From assembly GCA_963785835.1 (NCBI GenBank), contig CAWAWO010000002.1, forward strand, positions 228,327 to 292,326: a stretch of 64,000 nt of DNA, in the 5' to 3' direction. This document shows positions 1-11,223 of the stretch, in pieces; position 1 is the first letter of the stretch, and each line of letters opens with the position of its first letter. Position numbers and translations under genes: made by a program. This stretch comes from an uncultured Actinomycetes bacterium (GTDB lineage: Bacteria > Actinomycetota > UBA4738 > HRBIN12). Under the pieces are notes generated by a model. The model did no database searches and was not told the origin of the DNA. It saw only the letters and a list, made by a program, of their open reading frames with translations.

Positions 1-717
1 GGATGGCCGGCGACGGACTGGATGGAAGACATCATGCTCCGGACCGCCGGCGTGGAGACCTACGACCAGTGGGTCGCCCACGAGATCCCGTTCAACGACC
101 CGGCGGTCGCGGCCGCAGCCGAGGAGTTCGGGAACATCATGTTCACGGACGGCTATGTCCTGGGCACTGCGGCGGACACCCCGTCGATCTCGTTCGGGTC
201 GGCGCCGCTGCCGATGTTCGACGACCCGCCCGGCTGCTGGCTCCACCGGCAGGCGACCTTCATCATCGCAGCCGCGCCGTTCCCCGAGAATGCGGTGGCG
301 GGCGAGGACTACGACTGGTTCCCGCTCCCGCCGATCGACCAGGAGGGGACGCTGTACGCCGGCGAGTTCGCGGTCGTCGGGACCGCCGGCAACCGTGATG
401 AGGTCATCGACTTCCTGCAGCAGTTCGCCAGCGAGGCGATCCAGTGCGCGCAGGGGGAAGACCCGGGCTCCTCCAGGATCTCGGCCAACATCAACGTCGG
501 CCCAGAGTGCTACGCGAACCAGATCCTGGCCGAATCGGCAGGGATCCTCACCGACGCGATCGCGAACGACACCGGCCGGTTCGACGCCTCGGACCTGATG
601 CCGGGCGAGGTCGGCGCCGGCAGCTTCTGGACCGGGATGGTGCAGTACATGCAGGAAGGACCGGAGGCCCTGCCGTCGGTGTTGGAGGAGATCGAATCGA
701 GCTGGCCGGCGGAGTAG
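1..717 (+). CDS. sugar ABC transporter substrate-binding protein (CUT1 family), C-terminal part; 5' end outside window
   Basis: Frame 1 is open from base 1 to TAG 715-717. The translation (FIIAAAPFPENAVAGEDYDWFPLPP, GSFWTGMVQYM) resembles the C-terminal lobe of family-1 solute-binding proteins. Two CUT1 permease genes follow. Confidence 0.85.
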   Translation, partial: GWPATDWMEDIMLRTAGVETYDQWVAHEIPFNDPAVAAAAEEFGNIMFTDGYVLGTAADTPSISFGSAPLPMFDDPPGCWLHRQATFIIAAAPFPENAVAGEDYDWFPLPPIDQEGTLYAGEFAVVGTAGNRDEVIDFLQQFASEAIQCAQGEDPGSSRISANINVGPECYANQILAESAGILTDAIANDTGRFDASDLMPGEVGAGSFWTGMVQYMQEGPEALPSVLEEIESSWPAE

Positions 718-755
718 GCCACGAGACTGGACGAGCGATCGACGCTCGAGACGCA

Positions 756-784
756 GGGGAGCGGCCGCGGCGCGGCCGCTCCCC
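756..784 (+). terminator. GC-rich stem-loop between binding-protein and permease genes (attenuator or mRNA-stabiliser candidate)
   Basis: Perfect 13-bp inverted repeat ggggagcggccgc / gcggccgctcccc with a 3-nt loop. It is followed by gtgcgtttgcgg, with no clear U tract. Confidence 0.3.
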
Positions 785-826
785 GTGCGTTTGCGGTGAC
801 GACGACGCAGGCGGGAGGATGAGCCC

Positions 827-1978
827 GTGAAGGTCTCGACGGAGCCGCAGACCGAGCCCGAGGCGCCCGAGACTCCAGGCGCCCGCGGCTCCACCGCGGT
901 CCTGACCTGGGCCCTGCGGCTGCTGGTCGCGATCGCCGTCCCGATCGGGATGTTCTACATCCTGTGGTGGACGTTCGATTACCTGCGTGACGAACGCGCG
1001 AACCGGTTCATCGTGGTCGGGGTCGCGGTCGCGGTGGGGGTCGTCGGCGTCTTCATCCTGTACTGGGCGATGAACAAGGCGGTCGACCTGTTCCCGTCTC
1101 GTATCCGGGAGGGCGTTCGCCCGTACGTCTTCGTCGGGCCGTGCCTCGTGATCCTCGCGGTGTTCCTGGTCTATCCGGTGATCAACACGGTGCTGATCTC
1201 CTTCAAGGACATCAACAGCCAGGAATGGGTCGGCCTGGAGAACTTCAAGTTCGTGTTCACCGATCCGGACATGCTCACGGCGATCCGGAACACCGCGGCG
1301 TGGATCGTCCTCGTGCCGCTGATCGCCGTGACGATCGGTCTGGTCTACGCGACGCTCGCGGATCGCCTGCGACGCGGAGAGGCCGTCGCGAAGTCGATGA
1401 TCTTCCTGCCGCTCGCGATCTCCTTCGCGGGGGCCTCGATCACCTGGCAGCTGATCTACAGCTACCGCCCGGAGGGGTTCGGCTCGAACATCGGCCTGCT
1501 GAACGGGATCATGCTCGGCCTCGGTCAGGAGCCGGTGAAATGGCTGGAGCTGCAGCCGTGGAACAACCTGTTGCTGATGGTGATCATGGTCTGGATGCAG
1601 ACCGGGTTCGCGATGGTGGTGCTGTCGGCCGCGATCAAGTCGATCCCGGACGAGATCATCGAGGCGGCTCGGATCGACGGCGCGTCCGAGTTCCAGGTCT
1701 TCCGGCGGATCATGGTGCCGAGCATCTTTCCGACGATCGTCGTCGTCACCACGTACATGGTGATCAACGCGATGAAGGTCTTCGACATCGTGTTCGTGCA
1801 GCCTGCCAGCGCGGAGACGAACGGCACCGTGGTGGTCGCCGAACGCATGATCCGCTGGTTCTTCCAGCTCAACCACAACGGGCGGGCGGCCGCGATCGCG
1901 GTCGTGCTGTTCGTCGCCGTGATCCCCGTGATGGTCTGGAACATCAAGCGGTTCCGCGAGGAGGAGGCGATCCGGTGA
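827..1978 (+). CDS. sugar ABC transporter permease (MalF/AglF-like)
   Basis: 383-aa ORF with multiple hydrophobic spans and the EAA loop EAARIDGASEFQVFRRIMVP. Confidence 0.9.
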   Translation: MKVSTEPQTEPEAPETPGARGSTAVLTWALRLLVAIAVPIGMFYILWWTFDYLRDERANRFIVVGVAVAVGVVGVFILYWAMNKAVDLFPSRIREGVRPYVFVGPCLVILAVFLVYPVINTVLISFKDINSQEWVGLENFKFVFTDPDMLTAIRNTAAWIVLVPLIAVTIGLVYATLADRLRRGEAVAKSMIFLPLAISFAGASITWQLIYSYRPEGFGSNIGLLNGIMLGLGQEPVKWLELQPWNNLLLMVIMVWMQTGFAMVVLSAAIKSIPDEIIEAARIDGASEFQVFRRIMVPSIFPTIVVVTTYMVINAMKVFDIVFVQPASAETNGTVVVAERMIRWFFQLNHNGRAAAIAVVLFVAVIPVMVWNIKRFREEEAIR

Positions 1979-2928
1979 GTTCGGTCGCCACGGAAGCGCC
2001 GCCGAAGGCCACGCCTCCGCAGACACCGAGCGGACGGGAGCTCGAGGACGCCGGTCGCGGCGGGTGGTTCGTCCGGATCACGATCATCGTGATCGTGATC
2101 CTGTGGTTGATCCCCACGCTCGGCGTGCTGATCACGTCCTTCCGGCCGGAGGACGCCGTGAACACCTCCGGATGGTGGACGGTGTTCGCGCATCCGTTCC
2201 GAGCGGCGGAATGGACCTTCGAGAACTACCGGGTCGCGCTCGATCAGGGCGGGTTCGGCAACGCGTTCCTGAACAGCCTCGCCGTGACGATCCCGTCCAC
2301 CGTGATCCCGATCACGATCGCGGCGTTCGCCGCGTACGCGTTCTCCTGGATGGAGTTCCGCGGCCGGTACGTGCTGTTCGTGGTCGTCGTCGGGCTGCTC
2401 GTCGTGCCGCTCCAGATGGCCCTGATCCCGATCCTGCGGCTCTACACGCAGGGGGGCGTGCTGTTCGGGATCCAGGTGATCCCGAACCTCGGCCTGCAGG
2501 GGACGTTCCTCGGCGTGTGGCTCGCGCACGCCGGGTTCGGCCTGCCGCTCGCGGTCTACCTGCTACGGAACTACATCGGGTCGCTGCCTTCGTCGATCAT
2601 CGAGTCCGCCCGGATCGACGGGGCCGACCACTTCACGATCTTCTGGCGGCTGATCGTCCCGCTCTCCGTGCCGGCGCTGGCCGCGTTCGCGATCTTCCAG
2701 TTCCTGTGGGTCTGGAACGACCTGCTCGTCGCCTACGTGTTCCTCGGCGGCGCCGGACAGAACCGGGTGCTCACCGTCGCGCTCCGCGAGCTCGTCGGCT
2801 CCCGCGGCGAGAACTGGCACCTGCTCACCTCCGCGGCGTTCATCTCGATGGCGCTGCCGCTGATCGTGTTCTTCGCGCTGCAGAAGTACTTCGTGCGGGG
2901 GCTGACGGCCGGTGCCGTCAAGGGCTGA
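1975..2928 (+). CDS. sugar ABC transporter permease (MalG/AglG-like)
   Basis: GTG 1975 overlaps the upstream stop (GTGA). EAA loop ESARIDGADHFTIFWRLIVP. The part of the 1141-2928 ORF upstream of 1975 is an out-of-frame overlap with the previous gene. Confidence 0.9.
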   Translation: MSSVATEAPPKATPPQTPSGRELEDAGRGGWFVRITIIVIVILWLIPTLGVLITSFRPEDAVNTSGWWTVFAHPFRAAEWTFENYRVALDQGGFGNAFLNSLAVTIPSTVIPITIAAFAAYAFSWMEFRGRYVLFVVVVGLLVVPLQMALIPILRLYTQGGVLFGIQVIPNLGLQGTFLGVWLAHAGFGLPLAVYLLRNYIGSLPSSIIESARIDGADHFTIFWRLIVPLSVPALAAFAIFQFLWVWNDLLVAYVFLGGAGQNRVLTVALRELVGSRGENWHLLTSAAFISMALPLIVFFALQKYFVRGLTAGAVKG

Positions 2929-3026
2929 CCACCGGGTGACCCGGCGGCGATCCCCCGGCGCCGGGGCCGAGCCCCTGTCGCCGCGGCGCGTCTGGCGGGC
3001 GATCCTGCATCGCGACGCTCCTGCTG

Positions 3027-3497
3027 GTGCCGGCGTACTGGGGGTTGCTCGTGGGTATCGTCTCGGTCGCCTCGGACGACCCCGTGCGCGTGCCGGCCGC
3101 CGGCCTCTGGATCGCCTTCGGCCTGTGCCTGATCCCGTTCGTCTTCATGGCGCTCGCCTTCACGTCGGGTCATCCGCGGGCGCCGGGGGCGACCCTGCGC
3201 GCGATGCTCCTGTGCCTCGTCGTCGGCATCCCGGTCTCCGCGATCGCCGCCGACGCCGTCACGGGGTTCGTCGCCGGGGTCGGCGCCGGAGGGATCGCCG
3301 CGTTGCGCTCGGACCTCGACCGGGCGTGGCGTGCTCGAGCGCTCGCGATCGCGATCGTCTCGGTCTGGGCGTTCCTCACCGTCCGAACCGTGAGCGACGT
3401 CGCCCTGCTGCTCGCACCGGTCCTGCCGTTCACGAGCCTCGGCGTGGCCGACCACCTCGTCCAGATCCGTCGCGAGGGGCGCGCCACCTCGGGCTGA
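3027..3497 (+). CDS. hypothetical integral membrane protein
   Basis: 156-aa ORF with about 4 hydrophobic segments. No recognisable motif; start uncertain. Confidence 0.45.
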   Translation: MPAYWGLLVGIVSVASDDPVRVPAAGLWIAFGLCLIPFVFMALAFTSGHPRAPGATLRAMLLCLVVGIPVSAIAADAVTGFVAGVGAGGIAALRSDLDRAWRARALAIAIVSVWAFLTVRTVSDVALLLAPVLPFTSLGVADHLVQIRREGRATSG

Positions 3498-3504
3498 GCG
3501 CCCC

Positions 3505-5443
<1,939 letters not shown>

Positions 5444-5551
5444 CCATCCGATCCCGGTCGCTCGCCGCGCTCCCCGCACCTTTGCGACCTGTTCTTCAGG
5501 CCGTCACCCTCGCCGCCGATACGTCGGAAGACGTTCTCTCGGAGGGGTCGG

Positions 5552-6187
5552 ATGCAGGCGGAACGCGGCTACGTGGAGATACGGCTGCTCGTGGTGCTCG
5601 CGCTGGTCGCGGCGCTCGTGTGGGTGCTTCCGTCCGTGCTGCTCGGAGGCCGGGGATCGAGAGCCGGATCGCCGCTCGCCGTCACGGGCGCTCCCGCCGG
5701 CGGCACCGCGCCCGGTGAGGTGACCCTTCCGGACGTCGCCGCCTCACCGGCCACCGGTCCGGTCGCGACGGGTGCGGGAGCCACGGGTCCGGGAGTGACA
5801 GGTCCGGGAGCCACGGGTCCGGCAGTCACCGGGCCCGCGGCAACCGGGGGAGGCGCGGTCCTGGATCCGGTCGCGCAGTCGCACGAGGTCGAGGCCCAGA
5901 GCACGCTGAACGATGCGGTCCGGGTGGCGCAGGTCTTCTACGCGGAGAACGGGAGCTTCCAGGCATTCGGGCCGGACGTCGCGGTGGAGTACGACCCGGC
6001 GATCGTGTACTCGCAGGGCTCGCCGATCCCCAACATGGTCGTCATGACCGTCACCCCGACGAGCGTCGTCCTCGTCACGATGGTCGACGGGAGCGGGGCA
6101 TACCTCTGCGCCGCCCTCGAGCAGGACGCGGTGAGCTTCGGGCGGGCCAACGCCACGATCCCTTCGCAGTGCCAGGGAGGCTGGTAG
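5552..6187 (+). CDS. hypothetical membrane-anchored protein with (A/V)TGPx repeats and a pilin-like C-terminal domain
   Basis: N-terminal hydrophobic helix (IRLLVVLALVAALVWVLPSVLL), seven pentapeptide repeats, then a globular domain ending in a Cys-x23-Cys loop (YLCAAL...PSQCQGGW). Confidence 0.6.
   Translation: MQAERGYVEIRLLVVLALVAALVWVLPSVLLGGRGSRAGSPLAVTGAPAGGTAPGEVTLPDVAASPATGPVATGAGATGPGVTGPGATGPAVTGPAATGGGAVLDPVAQSHEVEAQSTLNDAVRVAQVFYAENGSFQAFGPDVAVEYDPAIVYSQGSPIPNMVVMTVTPTSVVLVTMVDGSGAYLCAALEQDAVSFGRANATIPSQCQGGW
5750..5854 (+). repeat. 7 x 15-nt in-frame tandem repeat encoding (A/V)TG(P/A/G)x
   Basis: gcc acc ggt ccg gtc / gcg acg ggt gcg gga / gcc acg ggt ccg gga / gtg aca ggt ccg gga / gcc acg ggt ccg gca / gtc acc ggg ccc gcg / gca acc ggg gga ggc. 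Confidence 0.85.
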
Positions 6188-6238
6188 GGAGTCGCGGTAG
6201 TCTTCGTTCGGCGAGGACGACGAGCGAACGAGGACGCG

Positions 6239-6946
6239 ATGCCGATCAAGGTCCGGCACGACGACGAGATCTCCGACGTCGACGGCGGGTGGTTCCGCGC
6301 TCGCTGGCACTTCTCGTTCGACCGGTACTACGACCCCGAGTACATGAACTTCGGGACGCTCCGCGTGTTCAACGACGATCGGCTGGTCCCCGGAGCGATC
6401 TGGCCGATGCATCCGCATCGGGACATCGAGGGCCTGACGTACGTCGTCGAGGGAACGTTCCGCCACCAGGACGACGTCGGCGGCTCACCCGGCCCGCTCC
6501 CGGCCGGGTCTGTCCAGCGGATGACGCTCGGGAGCGGCGCGAACCATTCGGAGCAGAACGCGTCGGAGACCGAGCCGATGCGGTTCATCCAGCTGTGGAT
6601 CATCCCCGCCGAGAAGGGCCTGCCGCCCGGCGTGGAACAGAAGGTCTTCACCGAAGCCGATCGATCCGATCGGCTGCTCGAGGTCATCAGCGGCGACGAC
6701 GGCGACGCCGTGCTGGTCCACCAGGATGCGCGCGTGCTGGTCTCGAAGCTGGGAACGGGCGTCGCGGTGGAGCACGCGGTCGGCCGGGGCCGCGGAGCCT
6801 ACCTGTACGTGATCGATGGGGAGGTATCGGCCAACGGTGAGCCGATGCGGACGGGCTCGGCGGCGCAGGTCACGGACGAGGAATCGCTCGAGATCGTCGC
6901 CTCGGAGCCCTCGGAGCTGATCCTGGTCGACGTCGCGATCGGCTGA
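6239..6946 (+). CDS. pirin family protein (bicupin)
   Basis: 235 aa; WHFSFDRYYDPEYMNFGTLRVFNDD and the cupin metal motif HPHRDIEGLTYVVEG. Confidence 0.9.
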   Translation: MPIKVRHDDEISDVDGGWFRARWHFSFDRYYDPEYMNFGTLRVFNDDRLVPGAIWPMHPHRDIEGLTYVVEGTFRHQDDVGGSPGPLPAGSVQRMTLGSGANHSEQNASETEPMRFIQLWIIPAEKGLPPGVEQKVFTEADRSDRLLEVISGDDGDAVLVHQDARVLVSKLGTGVAVEHAVGRGRGAYLYVIDGEVSANGEPMRTGSAAQVTDEESLEIVASEPSELILVDVAIG

Positions 6947-6949
6947 GGC

Positions 6950-8155
6950 TCACGCCTCGTCGGGCACCTCCGCCGGGAACGGCAGCGCCATCGGGTCGTA
7001 CACGCTCGAACGTCCCTCCTCGTCGAACCGATCCAGCCCGAAGTCCGAGACATCCGTCACGTCGGTCGCGCCGTCGGTCGCGAGATCGGCGGCGATCTTC
7101 GCCACCGCCGGACCCCACATCATCCCGTGGCCGCCGGCGCTCGCGACGGTCACGCCGCCGATCGCCTCCTTCTCGGCCGTGATGGCGGGCCCGACGATCG
7201 GAAGGTGGTCCGGCGTGTAGTCGATCGTCGCGGCCCAGACCTTGCGCAGGCCGAGCCCTCGCGTGGACGGGACGAACCGGTTCAACCGCCGTTGCATCTT
7301 CCGCAGGTACGGCCAGTCGATCGTGCGGGCCGGCCCCGGGGCCTCGGCGGGATCGCTCATCCCGAAGAGCAGGCCGCCGTCCTCGAGGCGCCAATACAGG
7401 CCGGCGTGGAGGTCGAACACCATCGGGAGCCGCTCGGCCGCGAACGCCTCGTGCGGCTCGGTGACCGCGACCTGGTGCCGGGTGCCGCCCGCCGGGACGC
7501 GGAGACCGGCGAGCCGCCCGACGCCCTGCAGCGTCGGACCACCGGTCAGGATGACGCGCTCCGTCGCGATCGTCGCGGCGGAGGTTCGCACGCCGGTCAC
7601 GCGTCCCTTCGAACGCTCCAACCCCGTGAACGCCGTCCGCTCGCGGAGCTCGACGCCCGCGATCCGCATCGCGACCTGGTACGCGGCGACGTTCCTCGGG
7701 GGGTCGACGTAGCCGTCGGTCTCGAGGTACGAGCCGCCTCGGTGGCCGTCGCTCGAGAGCGTCGGGTTGAGGCTCGCCGCCTCGTCCGCGTCCACCCATC
7801 GGACATCGAGCCCGGCCTCCTGTTGCATCGCAACGCGTTCGCGTCCTTCACGCTCGTCGTTCACCGAGGTCGCGAGGATCAGGTACCCGAGCTCGGTGAA
7901 CCCCGAATCCACGCCGAGGAGCTCGCGCTGGCGCCGGTAGAAGTCGATGGACCAGCGACCGAGGGCCACCGTCTGCGGGATCCCTCCTTGCGCGCGGACG
8001 ATGCCGGCCGCTCGGCTCGACGCGCCGCTGCCGGCCAGGTGGCGTTCGAGCACGACGACGCGTTCGGCGCCGTTCTGACGGGCGAACCACGCGGCCCACC
8101 CGCCGATGGCTCCCGCGCCGACGATCACCACGTCGGCGGTGTCGCTCGCGCTCAT
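6950..8155 (-). CDS. FAD-dependent oxidoreductase (sarcosine oxidase beta / D-amino-acid oxidase family)
   Basis: Starts MSASDTADVVIVGAGAIGGWAAWFA (GxGxxG Rossmann motif); DAO-family length of 401 aa. The 6950-8923 ORF upstream of ATG 8155 overlaps the divergent CPBP gene and is Arg/Pro-rich. Alternative ATG at 8164. Confidence 0.85.
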   Translation of the reverse strand: MSASDTADVVIVGAGAIGGWAAWFARQNGAERVVVLERHLAGSGASSRAAGIVRAQGGIPQTVALGRWSIDFYRRQRELLGVDSGFTELGYLILATSVNDEREGRERVAMQQEAGLDVRWVDADEAASLNPTLSSDGHRGGSYLETDGYVDPPRNVAAYQVAMRIAGVELRERTAFTGLERSKGRVTGVRTSAATIATERVILTGGPTLQGVGRLAGLRVPAGGTRHQVAVTEPHEAFAAERLPMVFDLHAGLYWRLEDGGLLFGMSDPAEAPGPARTIDWPYLRKMQRRLNRFVPSTRGLGLRKVWAATIDYTPDHLPIVGPAITAEKEAIGGVTVASAGGHGMMWGPAVAKIAADLATDGATDVTDVSDFGLDRFDEEGRSSVYDPMALPFPAEVPDEA

Positions 8156-8191
8156 CGCCCGCATCGTACGCGCGGGCCGTACGCTTGCCGG

Positions 8192-8941
8192 ATGTCCGAG
8201 CGGGCTCGACCGGCGCCTGCGTCGCCCCTGCCCAGGCGCACGCTCGCCGAAGAGACGCTCGTCGTCCTCTCGCTGTCGCTGATCGCGAGCGCGGTGTTCG
8301 CGATCCTCAGCCTGCTCGAGGCGCCCCTCCGCGGCGTCACCGTGGCGTCGGTCTCCCAGAGCACGCAGCTCGCGCGACAGCTGTTCGGGTCGCTGTTCGC
8401 GCTCGCGCCGGTGTGGCTCGTGACCTACCTCGTTCGCAGGAGCGGCGAGGGTCTGGACGGCATCGGGCTCGCGTGGGACCGGCCGCGCGACGACTTGACC
8501 CGAGGCCTCCTGCTGTTCGTGGTCGTCGGCGTCGCGGGGATCGGGCTCTACCTGGCCGCCGTCGCGCTCGGCGTGAATCGGTTCGTCGTCCCGGTGCCGC
8601 CGCTCGGGCACTGGTGGACCGTGCCGGTGCTGCTGGTGAACGCCGCCGAGGCCGCGCTGCTGGAGGAGGTCGTCGTCGTCGCGTACCTCGTCACGCGCCT
8701 GCGGCAGCTGGGTCTCACCGAGCTCGCGTCGATCGGCGCGAGCGCATTGCTCCGCGGGAGCTACCACCTGTATCAGGGGTGGGGTGGATTCCTCGGCAAC
8801 GTCGCGATGGGTCTGCTGTTCGGGTTCGTGTTCGCGCGGACCCGGCGGGCGTGGCCGATCGTGATCGCGCACTTCCTCCTGGACGTCGCGGCCGGGATCG
8901 GATACATCCTGTTCCGGGAGCACCTCCCGGGGTTCGCGTGA
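8192..8941 (+). CDS. CPBP family intramembrane glutamic endopeptidase
   Basis: ATG 8192; multi-TM; AALLEEVVVVAYL (EE motif), LLRGSYHLYQG and IVIAHFLLDV (HxxxD). Confidence 0.75.
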   Translation: MSERARPAPASPLPRRTLAEETLVVLSLSLIASAVFAILSLLEAPLRGVTVASVSQSTQLARQLFGSLFALAPVWLVTYLVRRSGEGLDGIGLAWDRPRDDLTRGLLLFVVVGVAGIGLYLAAVALGVNRFVVPVPPLGHWWTVPVLLVNAAEAALLEEVVVVAYLVTRLRQLGLTELASIGASALLRGSYHLYQGWGGFLGNVAMGLLFGFVFARTRRAWPIVIAHFLLDVAAGIGYILFREHLPGFA

Positions 8942-9555
8942 GCGCGGTGCTCAGACGTCGCTCGCTCGCCCCCGCCCTCCGACGGACCGCCGAACGCGGC
9001 TTCGCGCACCTCGAAGGCCTCGTCGACCCCGCGTTCGAGCGGGCGCTGTGGCGCGAGATCCGTTCGGGTCCGTTGCGCAGGATGGAGGGAACGTTCGGAC
9101 CCGCCGGGGTTCGGATGCAGGCCGACGGGTTCGACGTGACCGAACCCTTCGACGGCTTCCCGCTCCTTCGGGAGCTCCGCGACGCCTTCGCCGAGCGGGT
9201 CCGCTCGGACGGGTCCGGCATCCGGGGGCTCCGAACGTGGCGGCCCAACGAAGCCGGGATCGGTGTCTACCGCCCCGGGTGGGTGGGCGTCACGTCCCAC
9301 CTGGACGGGCGATGGTACCGGCGACTGGTCGCCGTGTTCACGATCGTCGGCTCCGCGCCGTTCGAGGTGAGCGCGTCGCGAGAGGGCGAGGCCCTCGAAG
9401 CCTGGGAGGCTCGCGCCGGCGGTCTCGCGCTGATGCGCGGTCCGGGGCTCGCGGGGCTGCGGGACGGGCGCCCGTATCACGCGGTGCGCGGTCCTCGGCG
9501 AGGGGTCCGATGCTCGGTCGCGCTCCGGATGAGCGTTCGCGGATCAGGGGAGTGA
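8938..9555 (+). CDS. hypothetical protein, possible 2OG-Fe(II)-oxygenase-like fold
   Basis: GTG 8938 overlaps the CPBP stop (GTGA). Contains VYRPGWVGVTSHLDG ... RPYHAV (HxD...H spacing). Family not recognised with certainty. Confidence 0.45.
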   Translation: MSAVLRRRSLAPALRRTAERGFAHLEGLVDPAFERALWREIRSGPLRRMEGTFGPAGVRMQADGFDVTEPFDGFPLLRELRDAFAERVRSDGSGIRGLRTWRPNEAGIGVYRPGWVGVTSHLDGRWYRRLVAVFTIVGSAPFEVSASREGEALEAWEARAGGLALMRGPGLAGLRDGRPYHAVRGPRRGVRCSVALRMSVRGSGE

Positions 9556-9570
9556 TGCGGCCGGGACCGC

Positions 9571-11160
9571 TCAGACCCAGGTCGTGAACCAGAACCGGAG
9601 CTTGAACGCGTCGTCGGTGAGCGGCGCGCCGGTGAGCGTCGGCCAGAACCAGACGAACAGGATCACCGAGGCGGCGACGAACCCGACGGCGACGGGAAGG
9701 AACGGCCGAGATCTCGAGCCGGCGACGCGCATCTCGGACAGATCGCGGAGGGCGTACACGCACGCGAGGACGAGGAACGGCGTGATCGGCGTCGCGTAGA
9801 AGAGGAACTGCGGCCGCGACACGAGGAACCACGGCAGGTACAGGCCGGCGATCGCCACGAGGATGTAGCTGGCCCGCCAATCGCGCTTCATCCACCACGC
9901 GTAGGCGACGTACGGCATCGCCAGGATGCTGCCCCAGAAGATCGCTGGGTTCCCGTTCGCGTAGATCACCTGACGGAAGCCCTCCGAGTACACCCCGTAG
10001 TAGAAGACCGGGCGGCGGAGGAAGATCCATTGCCACGGGGCGGACAGGTACCCGTGACTCGGTTGACCCTCCTCGTTGAGGAGAGGCAGGTCCGCATGGA
10101 ACCGGGCGATCGACCCCTGCAGTTCGGCCCATCGTCCGAGGTCGAAGCCGAAGTGGATGAACCACCCGGCGTACGAGGCGACGTACACGATGAACGGAAG
10201 CACAAGGAACGACAGGACGAGGCCGAACGCCTCACCCGTGATCGTGTTGAGCAGCGGACTCCTGTTGCCGAAACGCCTGCGCCGCACCACTTCCCAGGCG
10301 AACGCGAGCGCCACCGCGGCGAAGATCGCCATGAGTCCGGACCACTTGGTGGCCACACCTGCCCCGAACGCCGCGCCGGCCGCGAACCGCCACGGCCGCC
10401 ACAACGGCGCCGGGAGGCGGGGTCGGCGCGCCGGAGCCTCGCCGTCACCCGCGGGAGCCTCACCGTCTCCGGTGGGAGCTTCGTCCTCACCGGTGGGAGC
10501 CGCGCCGTCGGGGGCGCGACCGTCTCCGTCGATCTCGGGCGGGCTCGAAGGATCGGGCGTTCGACGTTCGATCCACCGTTTGTCTAACAACAGGAGCAGG
10601 AACCCCAGCACGATCCAGAACGCGACGAAGATGTCGAGGATACCGGTCCGCGACTGCACGAAGTTCAGGCTCTCGGTGGCTAAGAGCAATCCCGCCGCGA
10701 AGGTCCAGATCGGGCGGGCCCACAGGAGCTGGGCGATGCCGGCGAGCATCATCACCGACAGGGTCCCGCTCACCGCCGCGCCGACCCGCCACCCGAACGG
10801 GTCCATGCCGAACGCGAGCTCGCCGAGCGCGATCATCCACTTGCCGACGGGCGGGTGGACGAACGCTCCCGTGTCCCATTCCTGCTCTCGCCAGAAGCGC
10901 TCGGCCCCGCTCCTGATCCGGCAGGTCTCGTTCGAGTAGTTGAGGAAGATGCATGCGGACTTCGGGTAGTAGTACTCGTCGAACACGGTTCGGTCCGGGT
11001 ACCCGAGGTGCATGAACCGCAGGTACCCGGCGATCAGCCCGACCGCGAGGATCGCGACGACCGGCCGGTTGAGCCGCCGCAGGACCGCGTTCACCTTCCC
11101 GACCGCGGGGCGGTCGCCGCGGAGCGCAGGCGGATGTTCGGTCCTCGTGAGCGTGGACAT
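9571..11160 (-). CDS. pmt: dolichyl/polyprenyl-phosphate-mannose protein mannosyltransferase (GT39, Pmt)
   Basis: 529 aa, many TM helices, loop-1 DE motif (TVFDEYYYPKSA). Position upstream of rsmI matches the actinobacterial pmt locus. Confidence 0.85.
   Translation of the reverse strand: MSTLTRTEHPPALRGDRPAVGKVNAVLRRLNRPVVAILAVGLIAGYLRFMHLGYPDRTVFDEYYYPKSACIFLNYSNETCRIRSGAERFWREQEWDTGAFVHPPVGKWMIALGELAFGMDPFGWRVGAAVSGTLSVMMLAGIAQLLWARPIWTFAAGLLLATESLNFVQSRTGILDIFVAFWIVLGFLLLLLDKRWIERRTPDPSSPPEIDGDGRAPDGAAPTGEDEAPTGDGEAPAGDGEAPARRPRLPAPLWRPWRFAAGAAFGAGVATKWSGLMAIFAAVALAFAWEVVRRRRFGNRSPLLNTITGEAFGLVLSFLVLPFIVYVASYAGWFIHFGFDLGRWAELQGSIARFHADLPLLNEEGQPSHGYLSAPWQWIFLRRPVFYYGVYSEGFRQVIYANGNPAIFWGSILAMPYVAYAWWMKRDWRASYILVAIAGLYLPWFLVSRPQFLFYATPITPFLVLACVYALRDLSEMRVAGSRSRPFLPVAVGFVAASVILFVWFWPTLTGAPLTDDAFKLRFWFTTWV
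10433..10530 (-). repeat. imperfect 15-nt coding tandem repeats inside pmt (EAPxGDG units)
   Basis: Encodes DGDGRAPDGAAPTGEDEAPTGDGEAPAGDGEAPA in a predicted loop of Pmt. Confidence 0.7.
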
Positions 11161-11223
11161 GCGGACCAGATGGTACGGCAGCGATCCGTCTCCGGCGGGA
11201 CCTGCCGAGCGCGAGCCGGCCCG

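Noticed and set aside
6950-8923. 657-aa ORF suggesting a much longer FAD oxidoreductase
   Set aside because: The N-terminal 256 codons are antisense to the CPBP protease gene and Arg/Asp-rich. The Rossmann GxGxxG motif sits right after ATG 8155, the normal position for this family.
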